Source: Myxococcota bacterium (GTDB taxonomy: Bacteria > Myxococcota > UBA4151). Taken from it: a stretch of 64,000 nucleotides of DNA. Positions 36,627-46,752 of the stretch are shown piece by piece (position 1 is the first letter of the stretch; each line of letters starts with the position of its first letter). A model generated the notes under the pieces. That model had not been told where the DNA came from. It searched no databases and was given only the letters and a program-made list of their open reading frames with translations. The position numbers were made by a program, and so were the translations under genes. The stretch spans positions 1-64,000 of the forward strand of contig JAYZBQ010000058.1 in NCBI GenBank assembly GCA_036338695.1, written 5' to 3'.

Positions 36627-38873
36627 TTATCGTCCGCCCGTCCTGGCGGTTTCGCCCTCAACCCAGTCCATCCCTAAATGGTGCATGAGGAAGGTGTATT
36701 GTTCGGCGAGTTTCTCGATGGTCAACGACAGCGCTCTGCCGGCGCCGTGGCCGACGCGGGTCTCGATACGGATAACCACCGGCGCCTCGCCGCCCTGCGC
36801 CGCCTGCATCGCTGCGGCGAACTTGTAGCTGTGGGCTGGCACCACTCGGTCGTCGTGATCGGCGGTGCTGATCAGGGTGGGGGGGTAGCGCACCCCCGCT
36901 TTGGCGTTGTGGACGGGTGAGTAGCGAAGCAGCGCCTCGAACTCCGCCTTGTCATCCACCGTGCCGTAATCACTCGCCCAGCGCTTGCCGACCGTGAACA
37001 GGTGATAGCGCAGCATGTCGAGCACCCCGACGTCCGGCAGCGCAGCGCCAAAAAGCTCAGGCCGCTGTTGCATCACCGCAGCCACCAGCAGGCCGCCGTT
37101 GCTTCCGCCATTGATCGCAAGCTGCCCCGGCGTGGTGACGCCCTCTTGGATCAGATGCTCGCTGGCTGCGATGAAGTCATCAAAGACGTTCTGTTTCTGG
37201 GTTTTGGTGCCCGCTTTGTGCCAGCGCTCGCCATACTCACCGCCGCCGCGCAGGTTGGCGATCACGAAGACGCCGCCGCGCTCCAGCCAGACCGCTCGGC
37301 CGACCGAGAAGTAGGGCGTCAGCGAGACGTTGAAGCCGCCATATCCATACAGCAGCGTGGGCTTAGGTCCGGCAGGGAGCCCCTTCTTGTGGATGATGAA
37401 CATGGGCACCTTGGTCCCATCTTTGCTCTCAAAGAAGACCTGGCGGCTCGTGTACTCCGCGCTGTCAAAGGCGAGCTTCGGCGCACGGTAGAGGCTGCTT
37501 TGTCCGGTGTTCATGTCCAGGCGATAGATCGAGCTCGGGCGCACAAAGTCCGAGTACACGTAGAACACCTCTGGGTCATCAGCGTAACCTCCCAGCCCCC
37601 AGACGCTACCCATACCAGGGAGCTCGAGCTTGCCGAGCGGTTTGCCGTCCAGCGTGAGCCGCTCCGCCACGGCGTGCGCGTCTTTGAGAAAACTGACCAG
37701 GAGCTGTCCACCCACGACAGAAGCCGAGCGCAGCACCTCGTCTCGCTCGGGGATCACCTCGACCCAATCCGACCGAGCCGGGCGATCGAGCGTCATCTTC
37801 ATCACGCGCTGCTTCGGGGCTTGCCAATTGGTCTTGAGCCACACCGTCTCGTTGAGTTTCCCCATCGGCCAGGTGCCCGCTTCCCAGTCCGTCTGGACGG
37901 CTGTGGGCGCAGCCCTCAAGTCGTCGAGGCGCTTGAACCAGAGCATGTTCCGGTTGTCCGTATCCTTTTTGGCATAGAGCCAAAGCAGCTGATCGTCGTC
38001 GCTGACCCAGCCGCCAACGTGCCACTCCGGCTGGTCGGGCTGCGCAAAAACCACCTGATCACTCGCCTGATCGTCGCCGAGCCGGTGAAAATAGAGCCTG
38101 TGGTTTTGATTGGTCTGCTGCAGCTTATCCTCGGGCTCCGGATAGCGGCTGTAGAAGAAGCCCGAGCCGTCCTTACGCCATGATATCCCCGACCATTTGA
38201 CCCACCGCAGGCGCTCCTTAAGCTCGCCCGTCTGCGCGTTCATCACCTGGATCTCGCGCCAGTCTGAGCCGCCGTCCGAGATCATGTAGGCGATCCAGCG
38301 ACCATCCTCACTCGCCGCGTACGACCCGAGCGACACCGAGCCGTCCTTCGAGAAGGTGTTCGGGTCGAGCAGAACGCGCGCCTCCCCGTCCAGCCCTTTG
38401 GACACCATCAGCACCGAGTGTTGCTGCAGGCCGCTGTTGTAGCGGTAATAGTAGTGCTCACCGACGCGCGACGGCGCGCTGAACCGCTCATAGTTCCACA
38501 AGCCCTTGAGCCGGTCCTTGAGGCGCTGTTTGTGCGGCAGCGACCCGAGGTGCTGCTGCGTCAGGCGGTTCTGCGCTGCGATCCAAGCCCGGGTTTGCTC
38601 GCTCTTGGAGTCCTCGAGCCAGCGGTAGGGGTCCGGGACCGAGACGCCATGGTGCACGTCGACGACGTCACCGGGTGGGCTCGGCGGGTACGCGAGCGCT
38701 TGGCTCGATGGGGCGTGCGCGCAGGCGGCGAGCGCGTTCAGGGCGAGCGCAGCAACAGACGCCCGAACACAAGCTGAACGCAGACGCTCGCAACGAGTAA
38801 CGCGCCCGCCGCAGCGCGCACCGGCGCTGGCAGGTCGCCGAGCACACAAACGAACAGGAAGAACCCATGCCAT
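36627..38873 (-). CDS. Prolyl oligopeptidase (S9A), exported; start uncertain (about 38785-38873)
   Basis: DPYRWLED, GYGGF, RGGGEYG, GGSNGG, DHDDRV, GHG; LAAC lipobox. The ORF-track start at 39224 overlaps the upstream gene and is implausible. Confidence 0.92.
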   Translation of the reverse strand: MAWVLPVRLCARRPASAGARCGGRVTRCERLRSACVRASVAALALNALAACAHAPSSQALAYPPSPPGDVVDVHHGVSVPDPYRWLEDSKSEQTRAWIAAQNRLTQQHLGSLPHKQRLKDRLKGLWNYERFSAPSRVGEHYYYRYNSGLQQHSVLMVSKGLDGEARVLLDPNTFSKDGSVSLGSYAASEDGRWIAYMISDGGSDWREIQVMNAQTGELKERLRWVKWSGISWRKDGSGFFYSRYPEPEDKLQQTNQNHRLYFHRLGDDQASDQVVFAQPDQPEWHVGGWVSDDDQLLWLYAKKDTDNRNMLWFKRLDDLRAAPTAVQTDWEAGTWPMGKLNETVWLKTNWQAPKQRVMKMTLDRPARSDWVEVIPERDEVLRSASVVGGQLLVSFLKDAHAVAERLTLDGKPLGKLELPGMGSVWGLGGYADDPEVFYVYSDFVRPSSIYRLDMNTGQSSLYRAPKLAFDSAEYTSRQVFFESKDGTKVPMFIIHKKGLPAGPKPTLLYGYGGFNVSLTPYFSVGRAVWLERGGVFVIANLRGGGEYGERWHKAGTKTQKQNVFDDFIAASEHLIQEGVTTPGQLAINGGSNGGLLVAAVMQQRPELFGAALPDVGVLDMLRYHLFTVGKRWASDYGTVDDKAEFEALLRYSPVHNAKAGVRYPPTLISTADHDDRVVPAHSYKFAAAMQAAQGGEAPVVIRIETRVGHGAGRALSLTIEKLAEQYTFLMHHLGMDWVEGETARTGGR

Positions 38874-39658
38874 AAGATCGAAACTCCAAGAATCAGCCGG
38901 TCCGAGGTGCCTCGAAATTGAGGTTGGTCCAGCGCCACGATGAGGACACCCATGATGATGAAGAGCACGAGGATGACGCCATCGGTCAAACCGAGGAAGC
39001 GCAAGCCGTGGTAGGGTAGAAACAGCAAGAAGCCGAGCACGAGCGTGGCGAGCGCCACCCAGGCAACGGAGAGGGTGAGCTGCAGCGGACTCGAGGCAAC
39101 CGGGTCGCGACGCCCGAGCAGCCAGCACAACCCGGCGTGGAACAAGAAAATCCACAGGGTCGAGCTGTAGGGTACACCCATCCAGCGCGCCTCCGTGGTC
39201 AGGTGCTCCTTCCAGACCCACCAACCCATCTCGGGCCCCATCAGGTCGTAGGGGGTGTACATCACCATGGCGATCAGACCGCAGACCACCGCCTCGGGGA
39301 CCGGGTCCAAGCCCAGCCGGCGAGCGAAGTGGTACGAGGCGTACACCACGCTGTGATAAACAAAGGTGATGTAGAGGGGGAGCTTGTGGTGGTAGAGCAT
39401 CACGCTGAAGCGCTGGTGACCAAAGCTGTCCACGTAGTTGTAGGTGATCACCTCGAGCGCCACGGCGTAGACCAGGATGGCGCTCCAGACAAAGAGTGGC
39501 TGCTGATCACCCTGACGAAGCGCCCGCAGCACGTGCGCGACGGTGAGCAACCAACACAGCAGCAAGGTCGCCTCCATCAAGCCGTTGCTCAGCGGGTTGG
39601 ATGCGGGCGAGAAGAGCTCCACCATCGGCAAGCTGGTATCCACGACGGGCAGCTTCAT
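38738..39658 (-). CDS. Polytopic membrane protein (possibly CruF-like)
   Basis: About 8 hydrophobic segments; KLPLYI, PYDLMG..GWWVW, RWMGVP motifs; ATGA coupling to the desaturase gene. Confidence 0.6.
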   Translation of the reverse strand: MKLPVVDTSLPMVELFSPASNPLSNGLMEATLLLCWLLTVAHVLRALRQGDQQPLFVWSAILVYAVALEVITYNYVDSFGHQRFSVMLYHHKLPLYITFVYHSVVYASYHFARRLGLDPVPEAVVCGLIAMVMYTPYDLMGPEMGWWVWKEHLTTEARWMGVPYSSTLWIFLFHAGLCWLLGRRDPVASSPLQLTLSVAWVALATLVLGFLLFLPYHGLRFLGLTDGVILVLFIIMGVLIVALDQPQFRGTSDRLILGVSILWHGFFLFVCVLGDLPAPVRAAAGALLVASVCVQLVFGRLLLRSP

Positions 39659-40539
39659 GAGGCGCCCTCCGGGGTCAACTGCGCCGCCGGGCGACGCCGA
39701 GCCCTGCGGCGCTTCTCGAGTCGAGCCAGCGAGCGCGCCTCGACCGCCGCGTGCGAATAACTCATCGGGGTGGCGACCGGGCGCTCATTTTGGTCCTCAA
39801 CAAATTGCCGCTCGCCGTAGTCGAGCTCCTCGCAACGCCAGGTGCCAAAAAGGCGGTCCCACCAATGAATCGTCTGCGCAAAATTGACGTGGAAATAGGT
39901 GTGGTGATCGTCGTGAAAGGCAGCGGGTCCTTGCCACGGAAGGACCATCCCAAAGCGGATCCCGGAGTGATCGATCAGCGAGACCATGTGCTGGTACAGC
40001 AACACAGCGATCACGCCACCTGGATGGAGCGGAACCAGGAAGATGGGCGCCATGGTGACCACCTGGAAGGTGAGCAGCTCAAAGGGATGGGCTGCGACCG
40101 CCGTGAACGCGCTGGGCGTTCGGTAGCGGTGATGGATGCAGTGCGCAAAGCGGTAGGGGCCTTTGCGGTGCATCCATCGGTGCGCCCAGTAGAGCCCAAA
40201 GTCACCGACGACGAAGAAGCCGACGCTCGAGAGCACCGTGTAGGTCCAGCCGTACTCGGCGACGTCGAAATAGAGCATGCTAAAGCCGCCGGTGATCACA
40301 TGATAGTATAGGACGCCGCTGACGAGCGAGAGCATGATCATGTTCTGCGTGCCGAGCCGGCGCTCCTCCCGCGCCAGCCGCTTGGGCGCCCAGCGGTCAG
40401 GCTGTACCTTCCAGGTCTCGGGCTTATCCTTACGCTGCTGATAATAGACCCAATCCAGCGCCAGGCTCGGCAGCCAATAGACCGCCAAACCACCGCCGAC
40501 GGTGATCGCAAAGCACTTGAGCAAAAGAAGCCAATCCAT
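39655..40539 (-). CDS. Sterol desaturase / fatty-acid hydroxylase superfamily protein
   Basis: His boxes HRWMH, HCIHH, HSG, HDDHH; NF...WWDRLFGT. Confidence 0.88.
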   Translation of the reverse strand: MDWLLLLKCFAITVGGGLAVYWLPSLALDWVYYQQRKDKPETWKVQPDRWAPKRLAREERRLGTQNMIMLSLVSGVLYYHVITGGFSMLYFDVAEYGWTYTVLSSVGFFVVGDFGLYWAHRWMHRKGPYRFAHCIHHRYRTPSAFTAVAAHPFELLTFQVVTMAPIFLVPLHPGGVIAVLLYQHMVSLIDHSGIRFGMVLPWQGPAAFHDDHHTYFHVNFAQTIHWWDRLFGTWRCEELDYGERQFVEDQNERPVATPMSYSHAAVEARSLARLEKRRRARRRPAAQLTPEGAS

Positions 40540-40649
40540 CTGCGGTCCCTCGGCTTTTGACCCCGTACCTCAACGCGACCATGCCCCGACGTCAAGGCGG
40601 GGGACCTTTTGAGTTGGTCAAGGCGGGCGATATTTTGTAAGCCCTGCGC

Positions 40650-41429
40650 ATGATGAATCTGCTGATGACGCTTGCGCTCGCTGCGCCTCCCGAGGCGGCG
40701 GCGACCCCCGAGTCGCCAAAGCTGGCGGTGATGGACCTTGAGCTCAAAAAAGGGCTCGATCAAGCGACCGCAGAGATGCTCAATGAGCTCATGCTCGAGC
40801 GGCTGAGCCGCTCCAAGCGCTTTGGTGGCGTGATCGGTGGCTCGGACCTGCGTGAGATGCTCAGCCTCGAGGAGCAGAAGGCAGCCATGGGCTGTGACGC
40901 GGACAGTTGCTTAGCCGAGCTCGGCGGGGCGCTGGGGGTGCCGTTGATGCTCTCGTCGAGCCTGGGGACCTTTGCCGGCAACTACATCCTCAACCTCAAG
41001 CTGATCAGCGTGGAGGACGCCAAGGTGCTTGCGCGCACCAGCCGGGTGGTCAAGGACGAGTCCAAGCTGCTCGATGAGCTCGGCGCAAGCCTCGATCAGA
41101 TCGTGGCGGAAGGGATGGACGGCGCGGTCAAGCCCAGCGGTGAGCCGGCGCCCGCTTCTGTCAAGAGCAAGCCAAAGGGCGCAAGCGGCGGCGTCTGGAT
41201 CGCCACCGCAGGCGGCGGCTTATTCGTCGGCGGCTTGGTCGCCGGCGTGCTGCTCAACAACGTCGGAGACCCACGCCTGCATGTTGCGCAGACCGACTTT
41301 GTCCTCGGCAACACCTCGTGGTCTGAATTCTCGTCGGCGGTCGAGCGCCGCAACCGCTTGAACCTGATCGGAGGGAGCCTCGGCGCGCTCGGGGCGGTCG
41401 TGACGGCTTATGGGCTGTGGGGGCGATGA
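40650..41429 (+). CDS. Exported/membrane protein with GCDxxSCxAELGGALG domain
   Basis: KLAVMDL, GCDADSCLAELGGALG; two Gly-rich hydrophobic segments at the C-terminus. Confidence 0.75.
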   Translation: MMNLLMTLALAAPPEAAATPESPKLAVMDLELKKGLDQATAEMLNELMLERLSRSKRFGGVIGGSDLREMLSLEEQKAAMGCDADSCLAELGGALGVPLMLSSSLGTFAGNYILNLKLISVEDAKVLARTSRVVKDESKLLDELGASLDQIVAEGMDGAVKPSGEPAPASVKSKPKGASGGVWIATAGGGLFVGGLVAGVLLNNVGDPRLHVAQTDFVLGNTSWSEFSSAVERRNRLNLIGGSLGALGAVVTAYGLWGR

Positions 41430-42502
41430 TGAGGGCGTTTGCGATCGTTTGTACGTTGAGCCTCGGTTGCTTGCCCGTCGGCGGTGACGTCAGCCAGCTC
41501 TACGATTCGCAGCGTCAGGCGCGCCAGAACCGCTGTGATGACGAGCAAGCGGGCGGGGGAGCCTGGTGCGAGGCGATCGATGGCGCGTGTTACGGTGCGC
41601 GCGTCGCCCCCACGATGTCTCCCGCAGAGGGTACAGCGAAGCCGCGCTACGGACACACCTCGATGTGTTTGGCGCCGCCGACGGAAGGGGAGTGCTACCT
41701 AGGCTATCAACGGATGCAAGCGCTGCGAAATGACGGCACCGACGTCTATCACGAGGTCTGCGCGCCCAAGCCGCTGTGCAAGGGACCAGCTGACTGCGCC
41801 CAACCAGGCTATGGGTTCACCTATGGATCGACGTTCTGTGCTGGGCAGGACCCCGTGTGCCGGTTTCAGCGTGGCGATCGCTGCGATAGCGACGCCGAGT
41901 GCGTGGACCGCCACGGCGACGGCTCGCTGTGCTTTCAGAACTATTGCGAGTCGACCAACCCCGACGCCGTCGCGGCCTGTGATGATGAGGAGCTCTTCAC
42001 GGGACGATGCGAGCTTGGGGAGGACCCTCCGACCATTCCAACCCACTTCACCGAGAATCGGGGATTGGTGAAGACATGTGAGCTCTCTAACGGTGAGTGT
42101 ACGTTGACGATGGGCCAGGTGGGCGCCTGTCGGGAGCTGTTCCAGGGCACCTATTATTGTTTGCCCGTGGTCGTAGACCAGACGCGCTGCCCAACTGGCT
42201 GGTTCGAAGATACGACACAAAACCCTGCCGTGTGCGTCCCGATGATCCCCTGCAAGGGCTTTGGGGTGATCAACACCGACCCCCAAAGCGGAGGCGGTGG
42301 CTGGTGCGGTAGCAGGCCCGGTGAAAGCGCCTGTGAGTCAGGCAATAACCTCCAGGTCCTCGGTAATGTCCCGCCCTGCAGTGACGAGCAACCGTGTCCG
42401 GACGGCAGCAGCTGTTTCCTTGACCTGTGTGTGGTCGCCGAGTCGAGCACTGAGCGGGCAGACAACCAGGTCACCATCCCCGTGTGCAACCAGCGGGGCT
42501 GA
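41426..42502 (+). CDS. Cys-rich lipoprotein
   Basis: SLGC lipobox; many small disulfide modules (CDSDAEC, CSDEQPCPDGSSC); ATGA overlap with the upstream gene. Confidence 0.7.
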   Translation: MMRAFAIVCTLSLGCLPVGGDVSQLYDSQRQARQNRCDDEQAGGGAWCEAIDGACYGARVAPTMSPAEGTAKPRYGHTSMCLAPPTEGECYLGYQRMQALRNDGTDVYHEVCAPKPLCKGPADCAQPGYGFTYGSTFCAGQDPVCRFQRGDRCDSDAECVDRHGDGSLCFQNYCESTNPDAVAACDDEELFTGRCELGEDPPTIPTHFTENRGLVKTCELSNGECTLTMGQVGACRELFQGTYYCLPVVVDQTRCPTGWFEDTTQNPAVCVPMIPCKGFGVINTDPQSGGGGWCGSRPGESACESGNNLQVLGNVPPCSDEQPCPDGSSCFLDLCVVAESSTERADNQVTIPVCNQRG

Positions 42503-42577
42503 GCTCAAAAATTACGTCACGCGCGATCTAGACCTTCCGCACGCTTCTGGTAATTAAGCTTCAACGAGGAGTGATGC

Positions 42578-44752
42578 GTGCTCGAACTTGAACGCCGACT
42601 CGGTCTGACCAGTATCATCGCCATTAGCCTGGGCGCGACGCTCGGCGCCTTCTTTGTCATCCCAGGCCTTGCCGCCGAGCTCACCGGTCCGAGCATGTGG
42701 GTTGCGTTTGGGATCGCCGGGATCTGCGTCTTGCCAGCGGCGCTGTCCAAGGCCGAGCTGGCGACGGCGATGCCGACGTCCGGTGGTGCCTATGTCTACC
42801 TCGAGCGCGCCTTTGGACCGATGGTGGGGACGATCTGCGGTCTCGGCCTCTGGGCGTCGTTGCTGCTCAAGAGCTCCTTTGCGCTGGTCGGTATCACGCT
42901 GTACCTCGAGATGCTCGTCCAGCTCGACGCCACCACCGCAGCGGTGGGCTTCCTCGCCTTGGTGACGGTGGTCAACATGGTCGGCGTACGCAAGGTCGGG
43001 CAGGCGCAGATCGTGATGGTCGGGGTGAGCGTGGTCGGTTTGATCGTGCTCATGATCATGGGCACCAAGACCTATGAGCCCCAGCTGATGCAGCCCTTCA
43101 TGCCCAACGGCTGGGATGGGCTCGTGACCTGCGTCGCCGTGGTCTTTATCTCTTACGCCGGGGTCACCAAAATCGCGGCGGTCGCCGAGGAGGTGAAGAA
43201 CCCAGAGCGCAACCTGCCGCTCGCCATGCTGATCACGCTCGCTATCGCCGCCCTGATCTATGTCTGCATGTCGATCACCATGGCGGGCAGCGTCTCAGCG
43301 AACGCAGGGATGAGCGAGGGTGGCTTGCAAGGGGACTACCGCTCAGTCTACACCGCAGCCCTCGCGATCGGCGGCAAGACCGTGGCGCTCGCCGTGGCGG
43401 CGCTCGGGGCGCTGACCATGGTCGCCATGGCGAACGCTGGCTTGCTGGCGTCCTCACGCTTTCCCTTCAGCATGGCGCGCGACCAGCTCCTGCCGAAGGC
43501 GCTCGGCGAGGTGCGCTCGCAGTTCCTGACGCCCATCCCGGCGATCTTACTGACCTCAGGCGCTATGCTGCTGGTGATCTTGACGCTCGACGTCGCCAAA
43601 ATCGCCAAGCTCGCGAGCGCCTTTAAGATCCTCGTCTTCATGGCGATTAACATCAGCGTGATCGTGCTGCGCGAGAGCCACGTGCGCTGGTATCAGCCCA
43701 AGTTCCGCTCGCCACTCTACCCGTGGATTCAGATCGTCGGGATCGTCGTCTGCCTGGTCCTGTTGTTTTTTATTGGGATCGCTGGGTGGCTGGCGACCGC
43801 AGGCGTGATCGTCATTGGCGGTGCGCTCTACGCCATCTATGGCAAGCAACGCGTCGGTGAGCGCTCGGGTGTGGCGCAGCGCTTAGGAGCTCGTGAGGTC
43901 AGCGGCTTGAGCCGGCCGACAGCGGCTTCTGGGGAACACCTCGCCGAGATGAAGATCGGCTCGATGGTGACCTTGCTCGACCGAAACCCGCCGGAACCCC
44001 TCGTCGAGTTAGGGGTAGCGCTCGGGCGGGGGCAGACGCTGGCGGCGCTGCGTGTGCGTGAGGTCCCCGAACAGCTCGCCATGAAGGACCTCGCCAATGA
44101 CCACCCGTATGAGCTGGCGCTCAAGCGCAGGACGCTGGCGATGGGGTCCAACCTCGGCGTCGAGGTGGAGTACGTCAACGCGGCCTGCCGTGATCTGCGT
44201 GAGGAGGTCCTCGGCCTGAGCCGGATCATCAAGCCAGAGTGGGTGCTCTTTGAGTGGCAAGACCAAGGCGAGCACGCCGTGTGGCTGCGCGACCCGTTGG
44301 CGTGGATCTTCTCCCACCTCGAGACCAACGTCGCCGTCTTCAAGGACGTCGGGATCCGCTACTTCCGTGAGGTCTTGGTGGTGGTCGATCAAGGGACACA
44401 CGACGAGACGCTGGTGAAGATGGCGGACCAGATCGCCGTGCGCCCGGGGCGGCCGTCGCGCTTTAATGGTGTCGTGACGATCGCCTCGTATCTCGAGCCC
44501 GAGGCGGACGAGGCGGCGGTTCAAGCGCACCTCAAAGAGCTGAGCTCACTCTGCGAGGCGGAGACCCGCGTCCTCGTCGCCCGAGGTCCTGACCGGGTCA
44601 ACCAGTGGATCGCGCAGAGCGCATCCTTTGACCTCATGCTGATCGAGGAGCCTCCCTATGATCACTTCTACAGCGGGATGATGCGGCGAACCGCCGAGCG
44701 TATCACCGGCAAGGCGAGCTGTTCGGTGCTGAGGCTCCGTATCCCGGAGTAG
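42578..44752 (+). CDS. APC-family amino acid permease with C-terminal USP-like domains
   Basis: AELATAMPTSGGAYVY, AEEVKNPERNLP, SRFPFSMARD; soluble tail ending ITGKASCSVL. Confidence 0.88.
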   Translation: MLELERRLGLTSIIAISLGATLGAFFVIPGLAAELTGPSMWVAFGIAGICVLPAALSKAELATAMPTSGGAYVYLERAFGPMVGTICGLGLWASLLLKSSFALVGITLYLEMLVQLDATTAAVGFLALVTVVNMVGVRKVGQAQIVMVGVSVVGLIVLMIMGTKTYEPQLMQPFMPNGWDGLVTCVAVVFISYAGVTKIAAVAEEVKNPERNLPLAMLITLAIAALIYVCMSITMAGSVSANAGMSEGGLQGDYRSVYTAALAIGGKTVALAVAALGALTMVAMANAGLLASSRFPFSMARDQLLPKALGEVRSQFLTPIPAILLTSGAMLLVILTLDVAKIAKLASAFKILVFMAINISVIVLRESHVRWYQPKFRSPLYPWIQIVGIVVCLVLLFFIGIAGWLATAGVIVIGGALYAIYGKQRVGERSGVAQRLGAREVSGLSRPTAASGEHLAEMKIGSMVTLLDRNPPEPLVELGVALGRGQTLAALRVREVPEQLAMKDLANDHPYELALKRRTLAMGSNLGVEVEYVNAACRDLREEVLGLSRIIKPEWVLFEWQDQGEHAVWLRDPLAWIFSHLETNVAVFKDVGIRYFREVLVVVDQGTHDETLVKMADQIAVRPGRPSRFNGVVTIASYLEPEADEAAVQAHLKELSSLCEAETRVLVARGPDRVNQWIAQSASFDLMLIEEPPYDHFYSGMMRRTAERITGKASCSVLRLRIPE

Positions 44753-44756
44753 GGCG

Positions 44757-45530
44757 CTAGCCCTCGAGCACAAAGTCGTATTGGTAATGGAGGCGAGCGT
44801 CGACAGGCTCGCCGTCGACCATTGCAGGCTCAAAACGCGCCGTTTTGAGCGCCCTAACCGCTGCGGCTCCGAGACCAGCGCCCGGGTCTTTAAGGATGCG
44901 CGCTTTGACGACCTTACCCTTGTAGTTGATGTCGAGCAGGAGCACGACGCGCCCCTCCATCTCCTCGTCTCGGGCTCGCTCCGGGTAGGGGAGCCGCTCA
45001 AGGCGCGCCCGCTCGGCTGCTGAGAGCTTGGGGTACTGCGTGAGCTTATGACCGGCAACAGGCGCATACGGGCGCACGTCCTGCGGCTTGGTGAACTCCT
45101 TCTCGGGCGCCTTCATCAGCGTGTTACCGACGCGCATGGTGATGCCCGGGCCGGTCTTTGATGTCGCCTTCATGTTGACGCCAAACACTGGCTTGGGCGG
45201 CTCGGCGGGCGGCTTCTCGACTGGCTTGTTCGGCTTGGGGACGCGTTTCTTGGTCAGGTCGACCTTCTTGCGCTTCTTCTTCTTCTTGGGCTTGGGTTTT
45301 GGCTTGGGCTTCGGCTTTGGCTTGGGTTTTGGCTTGGGCTTTGGCTTTTGGATGACCACGTCAACGAGCGATTTAAGGCCGATCTCTTCGGCGACTGCGC
45401 GCAGTTGATTCCCCGCGTAACCGAGCACGCCATGCAGCAGCACCGCAGCGACCGCAGCCACGACGAGAAACCAGCGCCGCCGGCGCCGCTCTGCATAGAT
45501 TCGCTCTTCGAGGCTGCGGTCCGCCATCAC
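44757..45530 (-). CDS. tonB: Energy transducer TonB
   Basis: TM segment with His (VLLHG), (KP)n tract, YPERAR..EGRV, FEPA.VDG.PV. Confidence 0.85.
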   Translation of the reverse strand: MMADRSLEERIYAERRRRRWFLVVAAVAAVLLHGVLGYAGNQLRAVAEEIGLKSLVDVVIQKPKPKPKPKPKPKPKPKPKPKKKKKRKKVDLTKKRVPKPNKPVEKPPAEPPKPVFGVNMKATSKTGPGITMRVGNTLMKAPEKEFTKPQDVRPYAPVAGHKLTQYPKLSAAERARLERLPYPERARDEEMEGRVVLLLDINYKGKVVKARILKDPGAGLGAAAVRALKTARFEPAMVDGEPVDARLHYQYDFVLEG

Positions 45531-45964
45531 TCACCCTTCGGGTTGATCTCCGGATCGGATTCAATGTTCAGCGCGTAGCGCTCGACCCCGTCCACACGAA
45601 TCGCATCGATCAGCCGCATCACGCGTCCGTACGAGAGCGTGCTCGAGGCTGAGATCACAGCCTGCACCTTCTCATCCTCAGCCTTCCTCCGGCGCACCTC
45701 CGCCCGGAAAGCCTCCCAAGACATCTTCTCGCCGTTGACGTAGACCTGCTCTTTCTCGTCATACACCACGGCGAAGGTCGAGGGCTCCTCGACGCTGCGT
45801 CCGCTGCTCGCCTTTGGTAGGTCCACCTCGATCGCTTTGGGCGCAGCGACCACCAAGGCTGCGGCGATCATGAAGATCACCATCAGGCAGAGCATAATGT
45901 CGACGAGGGGCGTGACGTTGATGTCCTCGATCGAATTATCGCCGCCTCCGCCGCCGCCAGCCAT
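45527..45964 (-). CDS. exbD: ExbD/TolR family protein
   Basis: DINVTPLVDIMLCLMVIFM, VDLPKA. Confidence 0.9.
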   Translation of the reverse strand: MAGGGGGGDNSIEDINVTPLVDIMLCLMVIFMIAAALVVAAPKAIEVDLPKASSGRSVEEPSTFAVVYDEKEQVYVNGEKMSWEAFRAEVRRRKAEDEKVQAVISASSTLSYGRVMRLIDAIRVDGVERYALNIESDPEINPKGE

Positions 45965-46606
45965 CTAGGCCTCCTTCTCAGGGTGGGGCAGGTTCGCAAA
46001 GGAGATCAGCTCATGTCCGATCGCCTGCGAAGCCGACTCCATCATCTGCAGGCGGCGCCTAAAGTAGTTGTTGGCTGCCACAGCGGGAAGCGCCACCAGC
46101 AAGCCAACCGCCGTGGCGGCGAGCGCCGTCGAGAGATCCGCCATCATCTGGGGGATCTTCTCTGCCGACATATTACCTGAGTTGCTTAGCGTGTGGATGA
46201 TCTCAACCACTGTCCCGAGCAGGCCAACAAACGGTGCGTTAGCGCCCAAGGTGCCCAGGACAGCGAGGAACCGCTCGCCCTTTTGCCGCTCAAGGAGCGT
46301 CACCGCCGCCATCGACTCCTGTACCGCCTGACGCCCGTGATGCAGCCGATCAAGGCCAGCACGCGCCACGCGCCCCACCATGGTTGGGTCGTCCTCAAGC
46401 TCCTGGCGAGCCTCCTCGAATTCCTCATTGCGGAGGTGCTCGCTCAGGCGTGCGTACTGAATCTCAATGTCGCCGGCGGCGCGCCGAAAGTGGAGCACGC
46501 GCTCGATGATCAGGAGGACAGAGATCACCGACAAAGCCACCATGAACCACATGATGACGTGGCCGGCGCCGGCGTTACTCACCCGGACAGTTAATTCAGT
46601 AATCAC
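45965..46606 (-). CDS. exbB: MotA/TolQ/ExbB proton channel protein
   Basis: LGTLGANAPFVGLLGTV, ALAATAVGLLVALPA. Confidence 0.9.
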   Translation of the reverse strand: MITELTVRVSNAGAGHVIMWFMVALSVISVLLIIERVLHFRRAAGDIEIQYARLSEHLRNEEFEEARQELEDDPTMVGRVARAGLDRLHHGRQAVQESMAAVTLLERQKGERFLAVLGTLGANAPFVGLLGTVVEIIHTLSNSGNMSAEKIPQMMADLSTALAATAVGLLVALPAVAANNYFRRRLQMMESASQAIGHELISFANLPHPEKEA

Positions 46607-46752
46607 TTGCGGATCCTCCGCTAACTTGATGTTAGCTTTTTACACATTTGGGTACCTGCGCAAGCTAAACTTACGACAAACCGCTCAAACCGTTCAGGAA
46701 ATCGTCCGCTGGATGATTTCGCCGGCTTGGCGTGTGAAACGGAGCTTTACCG

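Noticed and set aside
38874..39224. Long N-terminal extension of prolyl oligopeptidase in the ORF track
   Set aside because: It overlaps the membrane-protein gene in another frame and has no protein-like features. A lipobox further downstream marks the real N-terminus.
45275..45350. Low-complexity GGCTT/TTC tandem tract
   Set aside because: It encodes the Lys-Pro spacer typical of TonB.
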